Of a stretch of 64,000 bases of DNA, positions 53,951 through 64,000 are shown piece after piece. The stretch lies in NCBI RefSeq assembly GCF_009914755.1, contig NC_060937.1, one strand, 5' to 3'. Made by a program: the position numbers and the translations under genes. Position 1 is the first letter of the stretch. Every line of letters begins with the position of its first letter. The notes under the pieces were generated by a model. That model had not been told where the DNA came from, searched no databases, and saw only the letters and a program-made list of their open reading frames with translations. The DNA comes from the human T2T-CHM13v2.0 reference genome, Homo sapiens.

Positions 53951-55183
53951 ATGCATACATGCACAGTCTTTCCAACCCTCAGTTTCTATGAATGAAAAAA
54001 CTGAATCTGTCAGCAGGTGATAGAATAAATAATAATCCACAAACCTATTAGCTCACATAATACAATTTACATTGTGTTTGTATTGGGTTACAGTAGACAT
54101 TTAAAATATTTCAGTAAGACAATAACTGAAAAGCTAATAGTAAGCAATAATTTGTATTGAGACCTCCACTGGAGTCAGGTTGTGCTCGCAATCTGAATGC
54201 CTTTGCTCATGACGTTACCAGAGGGAAGAGAGAAAGGATGTTACAATATGGTCTCTGACAATAAGCTACTGCAGGGGCTATCAAATACAATGATTTTTAA
54301 AAATCCTAATATTGGATGTATACCATGCAGTTTGTGCAGATAGCAGATAACACAATGGTTCACAAGAAATAAAAGAATCTAAAATATAAAGCCAAGCAGG
54401 TCTCATAAGAACTTAAAATAGGCTATGAAAAAAATTGAATTTAGATGAGGTGAGAGGAAAGAGTATTGTGGGGGAAATATATTTTTCAAAGTCACTGGAC
54501 CCTAATATTTGTGGAATACAAGGTAAGGGTTCAGATGGAGACCCACATGCTAGGTGTCTAAATATTTTAAAATTATCAAACAACCTAACAAACTGTTTAT
54601 CATTCCACTCTAATAAATAGCTTTAAAACAACAACTTGAATCTGGGTTTAAATTCAGCAGTATCAGGCTCTCAAAAAGTCTAAGCTGGAACATGGAGCAG
54701 CTCCTGTCCTTCTCTAACCTCCCTCTGCATCATCTCACCCTGCAAGGGATCTCTTTCCTGCACTTTTGGATACACTGGTCTAAACATCTAAATTCCAGCC
54801 ATATTCGACCTCTGCAAATCCACCTTCCAGTTATCCCTGAGGCCTAATGGTTCGCATACCAGCTGCACGGTCTGCCCTCAGGAGGAGTGAACAATGAACA
54901 CAGGAAGAGGCCACATAGATGCTGGAAGGTCCAGGATCCCAGATAACCTTGGTCTAAAAGGAGCACGCAGGCACCAATTAGCATGTCCTTAGCCCCATGA
55001 CTTTCTTGGCCTGGAGAGAGGTGCTTGGCCAGAGGAGACCAGAACAGGGACCTCTCTAAAACTCAGAGCCCAGGGCAAGTCTTTCTTGCCTGGGTTTAAG
55101 TGTACTGAGAGGTGAAGCCAGCCGGACTTCCTGGGTCTAGTGGGGACTTGGAGAACTTTCCTACAAAAGGTTTGTAAAATGCA

Positions 55184-55402
55184 CCAATCAGTGCTCTGTA
55201 GCTAGCTAGAGGTTTGTAAAATGCACCAATCAGCACTCTGTAAAAATGCACCAATCAGCCCCCTGTAGCTAGAGGTTTGTAAAATGCACCAATCAGTGCT
55301 CTGTAAAATGGACCAATCAACACTCTGTAAAATGGACCAATTAGCACTTTGTAAAATGGACCAATCAGCAGGACATGGGCTGGGACAAATAAGGGAATAA
55401 AA
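55184..55402 (+). promoter_or_regulatory. Seven tandem CCAAT (NF-Y) boxes and an AATAAAA TATA-like box in the LTR12 U3
   Basis: CCAAT at 55184, 55226, 55251, 55289, 55313, 55337 and 55361; aataaaa at 55396-55402; activity not shown. Confidence 0.6.
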
Positions 55403-55552
55403 GCTGGCCACCTCCAACCAGCAACAGCAAACCCCGGTCAGATTCCCTTGAAGTCTGTGGAAGCTTTGTTCTTTCACTCTTCACAATAACGCTTGCTATT
55501 GCTGCTGCTGCTCACTCTTTGGGTCCATGCCATCTTTAAGAGCTGTAACACT

Positions 55553-55847
55553 GGGCTGGGCACAGTGGCGCACACGTGTAATCTCAGCACTTCGGTAGGC
55601 CCAGACAGGCGGATCCCCAGGCCAGGAGATGGAGACTATCCTGGCCAACAGGGTGAAACCCCATCTCTACTAAAAATACAAAAAAATTAGCTAGGCATGG
55701 TGGTAGGTACCTGTACTCCCAGCTACTCAGGAGGCTGAGGCAGGAAAATGGCGTGAAACCCGGAGATGGAGCTTGCGGTGAGCCGGGATCATGTCACTGC
55801 ACTCCAGCCTGGGTGACAGAGCAAGACTCCGTCTCAAAAAACAAACA
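55553..55847 (+). mobile_element. AluY-like (diverged) inserted in LTR12F
   Basis: TSD aa(g/a)agctgtaa(c/t)act at 55538-55552 and 55848-55862; gagcttgc diagnostic. Confidence 0.93.
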
Positions 55848-57548
55848 AAAAGCTGTAATACTTATGGGGAAGGACTGCGGCTCCATTCTTGAAGTCAGTG
55901 AGACCACGAACCCACCAGAAGGAACAACTCTGGACACAGTGCTACTTCAAGTTAAATATCAGAGCAATTTCATAAGAAAGTATAGGGTAAAACAGTACTG
56001 AACATGTCCGTTCTCACAGCATTTTGAGTTCAGAATAAAGCAGTGATGCCTCTCATTAAAAATTATTTTGATATATATTTTTATTTTGTGAGAAATTGTA
56101 TCTTTTTCTTAAAAACTAAAAAATCCTAAAACTGACATTAAAAATATTTTATGTAAATATTAAAAAACAGTGGATTGTCACCTACGAGGGGTAAGATAAT
56201 TTTGCTTATGCATACTGTTCAGAGACAGAGTCTCCAAATGTGTTAATTCAAAACTTAATTTAAAAAAATCTAAAGTTGAATATTTTAGGCTATATTTAAC
56301 TGCCTGTATATAATTTTATTAAAGTAATATTATCTCTCTATATCACCAACAGATGAGGAATAAAGTGAACAACATAAACTGTTTAATAGACGATTGTAAT
56401 TACATAAAAGCAATAGAATGAAGATGAAACAACCCTTCCCATTCTTACTCTATGGCTATGGAATTTGGAGTCTATGATGTCAAAAAAAAATTTTTATCAT
56501 TTAAAGATATTTATATATTTACACATATCAAATTTCAGGGAGGACAGCATATAGGCATGTGGGTTCGGAATTGTGTTGGTTAAAGTGACATCAGTAAAGC
56601 AAGGGAAATGAAAGAGTATCAGTCAAGGAGAATCTCTGAAAGATATCTTTCCAAGGTGTGTCCTAGTTGATCAATCATGGGCTTGCAGATTGCTTTTAAT
56701 AAGATAGTGTAACAATTGGTTCAAGTTTGTTTGGATAAATGTGGATGTTTTGTCTGTTTTTCTCATTTTGTTTTTGATATTTCCTTGTTTGGAGGCATGG
56801 CTTGACCTGGTTCTCAGAACTGAGGTGCAAGTTTGCAGTATTTCATTAAAGAAGGAAAAATGTCTACTCACAGACTTGGTATGCTTTTCCTGTTAATTTC
56901 CTCATAGGATACTGGCTTGTTATGCTTGTTACATGCTGACAGATGGTTAGATGTAGAATTTATCTTCAAACACAGCCACTTTTTTTCGTGAAGATTTTTG
57001 AAGCCTAGTTTAACCTGTTTAGCAAATGACTATGATTATGTTCCCATTAATTTCATCATGAAAGAAAAAACAAAATGGGTTATTCCAAAGAATTTGGTTT
57101 TTAGATTATATGAACTTTGGGCTGCATTTCCTTCTTAAAGGCAGACCTTTCAGACTGGATTTCTGTGGACAAGGACTGTTGGTGTTTCCTGTAGTTCGGC
57201 TGATTATAGAGTTACTAAGTCAGTTCAAGTGTTTCCATAGAGCCTCACTGATGATTCGTTGAGATTGGCCTTGACTTTGCTGGTTGAGTTGTTCATTGAC
57301 TTTTTTTCTCTTTTGGTTATCATATACTTTGTTATTTTTTTCCCCAGTGGAATCTAAAAATCCAACTAGACTTTATCAAAGGTTAACTTCATCCCAACAG
57401 AAAAATATAGTGTCTGCTGGAAAGAATACTACCTGCACTAGCTATTTATTTTTTTTAACCTCAGATATAGTGACATTCCACTTTGCTCCAATAATAAGAA
57501 GCTTGTAGAATTAGAGAATTTGGGTTTTTTTTAAATTTCCAAAAATTT

Positions 57549-57846
<298 letters not shown>

Positions 57847-58050
57847 TCCACAAATTTAGTTTTATTATAAAAAGAAATCAGTAAACTACAATAATCAAGG
57901 ATCTATTTTTCAGAGGATTTAGAAAATCATTTTGATGACAATGAGAAGAAATTTTAAGTGAAAAAGAAAGCATGCGATTTCCTAGGTCAGTGACGAGGGG
58001 GATATAAACACATGAAATAAAGCAACAGGAATAAAAAGAAAAAAATAATT

Positions 58051-59474
<1,424 letters not shown>

Positions 59475-60985
59475 ATAATTAACTACATAGATAATCCAAA
59501 GCAATCTCAAAAAAAATAGAAAAAATAAAATTACTACAATAAAGGTAAATTTACGAGGCTCACAGGATGCGATCAATATGCAAAGACCAATTATATTTTT
59601 ATATATGAGCAACAAAAATTTTAAAATGAAATTTAAAAAGAATACCATTCATATACATAGTAACATAAAGCATTAAAAATTAAATTCTTAAGAATAACAT
59701 ATTTAAATGTGCAAGACTGTACCTATAGGAGACATACTGAGGGAAATCAGAGAAGATATAACTGAACGCTGACTATACTGTGTTCATGTTTTATAATATA
59801 TAAACTTGTTAAGATGTCACTTCTTTCTAAATTAATCTACAGACTTAATGTAGTCCCAATCAAAATCTTAGCAGTCATTTTTTTTGTAGAAGTTAACAGG
59901 TTGACTCTAAAATATACAAGGAACTATAAAGAAATAAAAATAGCCAAAGCAATTTAATAATTGGCTTTTACTATTTGATTTCAAGACTTGCTCTAAAGCT
60001 ACAGTAATTAACAGTGATATTGGCATAAGGCTAGGCAAAATGATGAATGGAAAAGAATGGAGAGTCTAGAAATACTTCCTCTCCACCCCTACACACACAT
60101 ATTTATGGTCCATTTGTTTTCAACAAAGGAAACAAAGCAATTTAATGGGGAAAAGGATAGTCTTTTCAACAAATGGTTCTAGAATAGTAGCAGATCCCTA
60201 TAAAGAAAATCTACCTTAACCTGTACTTTATATCATATCTAAAAATTAACTCAATCTATGTCATGTACTTATATATAAAATTTAAAGTTATCAGGCAGCT
60301 AGGAAAGAAGTCAAAAGATAATATATTGTTATAAAGAGATTTATTAGAAAAGAAATAAAATTAACTAGCCATAAAGAAAATATTGATAAATTAGACTTAC
60401 TCAGAATTAAAAGTGCCCATCAAAAGGTAGAGATAGACAGTAGGCAATGCAAAATACTTGAAATTTCTATATTTGAAACAGGACTTGTATCCAGAATATA
60501 TTTTAAAACCCATCAAACTCAATAATAGTGATAATAATAATTATTTAAAAATTAATTTTAAAATGGACAAAAGATTTTACCAGATACCAAAAAAAGAGGA
60601 CTACACAGTAAACAACTGAAAAGGCAATTAACATTAGTCATCTAGGAAATGCAAATCAGAGCCACAATCATTTCCATTTCACAAGTATTGAAGACTCACA
60701 ATACCAAATGCTGAAATAACTGAATTCTAATATATGGTGATGATTGTGTAAAATGGTAAAACCTTCTTAAGAAACTGACAGTTTCTTACAAAGTTAGATG
60801 TACATCTACCCTACGACTTAACAGTTCTATTCCTAGTTATTCCCCCAAGAGAAATAAATGCAAATCTTCCAAGAAAGACATGTATAATAACATTTATAGT
60901 AACTTTATTCATAATAGATAAAACCTGGAAATAGCCTCCAATTTCAGAAACAAAATGAGTAATCAAATTGTTGTATTTTTTCATG
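59475..60985 (+). mobile_element. Old L1ME-type ORF2/3' region (continues at 62215-62590; left part ~57870-58050)
   Basis: cccaatcaaaatc, gatttcaagactt.ctctaaagctacagtaatt, gtcttttcaacaaatggt, ttagtcatctaggaaatgcaaatc. Confidence 0.75.
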
Positions 60986-61009
60986 CACCTTTTTGTTTAT
61001 TGTTTTCAA

Positions 61010-62210
61010 ATTGATTTTATTTTTAGAATAGTTTTAGATTTATAGAAAAACTGAAAAGATAGTAAAGACAATTCCCATATACCCAATATCCAGCTTTCCC
61101 TGTTATCATCTTACATTGGTATGGCAGGTGTTACAATCAAGGAACCAAACTTGAGGCAGAAGAATAGGGTCTAGAAACAGGAAACCTAAGGCCAACCCAT
61201 GGCTGCCTTCTTGGAAATGAACTGAGAGGAAAACCCCACCTCACCATGACCACGTAATGTTAGGAGCCAAATGCCCCTCTCTCTCCAAACCTCCCCTCCC
61301 CTACCTAGTGAATGAGAATGTTTGTAACTGGTCCATTCTGGAACCTTCATTTGCATATACATCACAGGCAGGATGCCTCTGATTGGTCCTGGGCAGAATC
61401 CTGCCACTGACTGGTCCTGGGCAAAATCCTTCATTTGTATAGGGTGTAACTTATCAGAGGCCTCTAAAGGGTACTGAGGGGTTTTACCATGTTTTTAAAT
61501 TTTGATTAAAAACCCAAGGAACATTACAGCCAGGGCTCTTGAGCCACTTGCTTGGGCCTGCTCCCACTCTGTGGAGTGTACTTTTCCTTCAATAAATCTA
61601 TGCCTTAATCTTCTGTTGTTTTGTTTCTGTGTTTTTTTCAATTTCTTTGTTAAATATGCCAAGAACCTGGACAACTTGCACTCAAGACTTCCATCCAGTA
61701 ACAAACTAATACACTGTTATTAACCAAAGCTCATGGTTTACTCAGATCTTATTTTTACTTCATCTCCTTTTTCCCATCCAGGATACTGCATTACATTTAG
61801 ACATCATGTCTCCTTAGGCTTCTCTTGCCTCTAACAGTTTCTCATTCTTTCCTTGTTGTTGATGACCTTGACAGTTTTGAGGAGTATCAGCCATGTAATT
61901 TGTAGAATGTCCCTTAATTGAGGTTCATCTGATTATTTTCTCATGCATAGACTGGTGTTATGGTTTTGGGGAAGAAAGAGCTGTGTTGATCACATTATAC
62001 CGAGAATATATATTCTATGAACTTGATCTATCACTGTTGATATTGACCTTGGTCACTTGGCTGAGGTGGCATTTCTCAGGTTTCTTTACTGCAGTTACTT
62101 TTTTTTTTTTTTCCCTTTCCACATTGTGCTTTTTGGGAGGAAGGCGCTCAGTACAGCTCGCACTTAGGTGCAGGGAGTCATACATCCCCCCCTTGAAGGT
62201 GAAGTAAATT
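61010..62210 (-). mobile_element. L1MC3/L1MD-type 3' end, split by MER51
   Basis: tagttttagatttatagaaaaact...ttcccatataccc...aaccaa | ...ttgatgaccttgacagttttgaggagta...gaccttggtcacttggctgagg. Confidence 0.8.
61152..61703 (+). mobile_element. MER51-family solo LTR (ERV1)
   Basis: tgaggcagaagaatagggtct...gctcccactctgtggagtgtacttt...aataaa...ccagtaaca; TSD aact at 61148-61151 and 61704-61707. Confidence 0.88.
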
Positions 62211-62214
62211 CTAG

Positions 62215-62590
62215 TATTTTTATATTAATGAATACTCAGCAATAAAAAGGTAAAAAGGACAGAAAGAAAAGGGAAGGAGCACAACTGAGACAAGGAACAA
62301 CATAGTTGAACTTCACAAACATTAGGATGTGTGAAAGAATCCAGGTACAAACGTGTACATACTGTAAGATTTATTCATGTCAAAAACAGACAAAAATAAT
62401 CTATGGCAATTAGAAGCAGAACAATGCTTGCATCAAGGGGCAGGTGATTGAACTAAAAAGGGGTACCAGGGAAATTTCTGTGGTTGATAAAATGTTCTAT
62501 GTCTTGATTAGGATGTATTCACAACATTCAGTTAGCTGTAAACTTAAGGTCTTCGTTTTCACTTATGTAAATCATTTCTTAATTGAATTT
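62215..62590 (+). mobile_element. L1ME 3' end (continuation)
   Basis: tactcagcaataaaaagg...gtacatactgtaagattt...aatctatggcaattagaag...aaatgttctatgtcttgat. Confidence 0.7.
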
Positions 62591-64000
62591 TTTTTCAAAA
62601 AAGGTCTTCTGCATGTAATGTCAAAGAAGTCATTAACAATTCTGGTTAAAAGCAATTTCAGTACAAGCGTTGTTGCAGATGGTTTTTTGGGAGCTTTTAG
62701 TTAAATTTCCCTAAAAGACCTTCACAACGAAATGGAGTGAGTGAAAGAACAGCACTTACTGAAGATCACTAATTATACTTGAAAATTAGTGACATTATAC
62801 TTGAAAATTAGAAGACAGAAATAGAGGAGTAAAGATCTACAAAGAACAAAAATCAAACTGCAGGAATATACAGTAACAGTGCTGACCTCATAAAGGAACT
62901 AAAAATAGTTTATTGAGCACCTAACTGTTACAGCAATCCAAATGGGAGAAACAAAATGCAAAGAGATGACTAATGTCTGCCAACACGCTTACCTCTAGAC
63001 ACCAGTCTAGCAATGTAAAAATCTTACATCCTTTTATAGTGATCTTTGGAGATTTGCTAAATCCTTGAAGCACTCTAGTAAGAAATGACCCCTTAAGTGT
63101 TATGGCTTTTCAAGGACACTCATAGGTAGTATGGAACTATAATTTTTAAAGCATGTGTAAAAAGACATATAAAACAATATATTGTATAGCACAAAAAATC
63201 GGGGCACAATTCTCACGGTCATTAGTTATCAAATGAGTTGGTGGCTGCATCTCATTTTGCCTTCTGTAATTTGAGAAAATCTCTAGAAAACTAACAAGAA
63301 AACAGAGAAAATAGTTAAAATAGTTAACAAACTAAACTTCTCTGAGAATATATAAGGAAAATTATCCAGCTTGCTGAAGACAGGTAAATCACAAAACTTC
63401 TTCCTGTTGAAATACAAAAAAGATAATCTATTCTTCATGGAAATTGGAGTTCTCAGAAAAACTAACCACTCTGGGATTTAGCACTGACCATGAAGCAAAA
63501 AAGAAAAAACACTGGTGCCTTTACTTTGTATATTTGTCCTTGGATGGGAGAGGGTCAGGATGGTTATACAAATTTTTTTTCATTACTTCATTTACATTAA
63601 GTCTAGAACTATAAAAAAGAGCTTGGAACAGGGAGTTTGAGGTTCAGAGACTTTAAAAACCGCATTTAAAAATGGTGGGACTAAGCATTTAATTATTAAA
63701 GCAAAAACCAGCCTTTGAAGTTTTGAATTAAATGAAAAGAAGTATTAAAATATTAATGCAGAAAATCATATTCTAGTGAAAAACAAGAAAAATACAGACT
63801 TTAATCACACCAACTTTAATTAAATCTTCCTTCTAGCACATCTAGACTTTAAGCAATCACTTATTCTACCAACATTAATTGAGGACAGATATTGTTCTCA
63901 GCACTTGGTTTTCTGTGATGAACAAATGAAATTCCAGCTGTCAAATAACTCACTGTTTGCATTTTTTTGGATTTTTTTTTTTTTTTGGTTTTGCCTTGTT

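Larger units (their letters stand above)
55106..55938 (+). mobile_element. LTR12F-like solo LTR (ERV9) interrupted by an Alu
   Basis: tgagaggtgaagccagc...tandem gtaaaatgcaccaatcag units...ctggacaca; TSD gtac/gtgc (1 mismatch). Confidence 0.92.

Noticed and set aside
52879-54040. Mucin-like Thr-rich and Val-rich ORFs (up to 184 aa)
   Set aside because: Overlapping ORFs on both strands of a simple triplet repeat; no signal peptide, splice context or unique domain
54658-55105. Possible hAT-Tip100 (MER115/Zaphod-like) element hosting LTR12F
   Set aside because: Only vague terminal similarity; cannot be supported without an alignment
55170-55370. CRISPR-like or novel repeat array
   Set aside because: Tandem CCAAT units native to the LTR12 U3; no unique spacers; eukaryotic context

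Overview
Primate (human/ape-like) AT-rich genomic DNA, intergenic or deep intronic. I can support no host protein-coding exon, rRNA, tRNA or CRISPR array. The listed ORFs fall in repeats, in low-complexity tracts, or are short chance ORFs. The window is a layered record of transposon insertions: 18 Alu/FRAM copies (many AluY-like, most with readable TSDs), two L1PA7-like elements, several old L1M fragments, MIR/L2, DNA transposons (MER45, Tigger2a) and many LTRs (MER41, LTR1, MLT1B, LTR33, MLT1C+int, MER90/89-like, MLT2A1, LTR12F, MER51). I did not find a new multi-gene biological system. The strongest observations are: (1) an L1PA7-like insertion whose 5'UTR appears spliced at the known ~nt-97 donor (SpIRE-type); (2) a near-perfect 75-nt hairpin in unique sequence; (3) a 146-bp local templated duplication inserted into MLT1C-int with a 12-bp flanking duplication; (4) a heavily decayed ERV1 provirus with recognisable env immunosuppressive-domain and core-deleted integrase remnants; (5) an LTR1 5'LTR retaining PBS-Pro and a consensus splice donor; (6) two twin-primed L1 inversions. 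Subfamily names come from recalled consensus sequences, not from a database search, and old-repeat boundaries are approximate.
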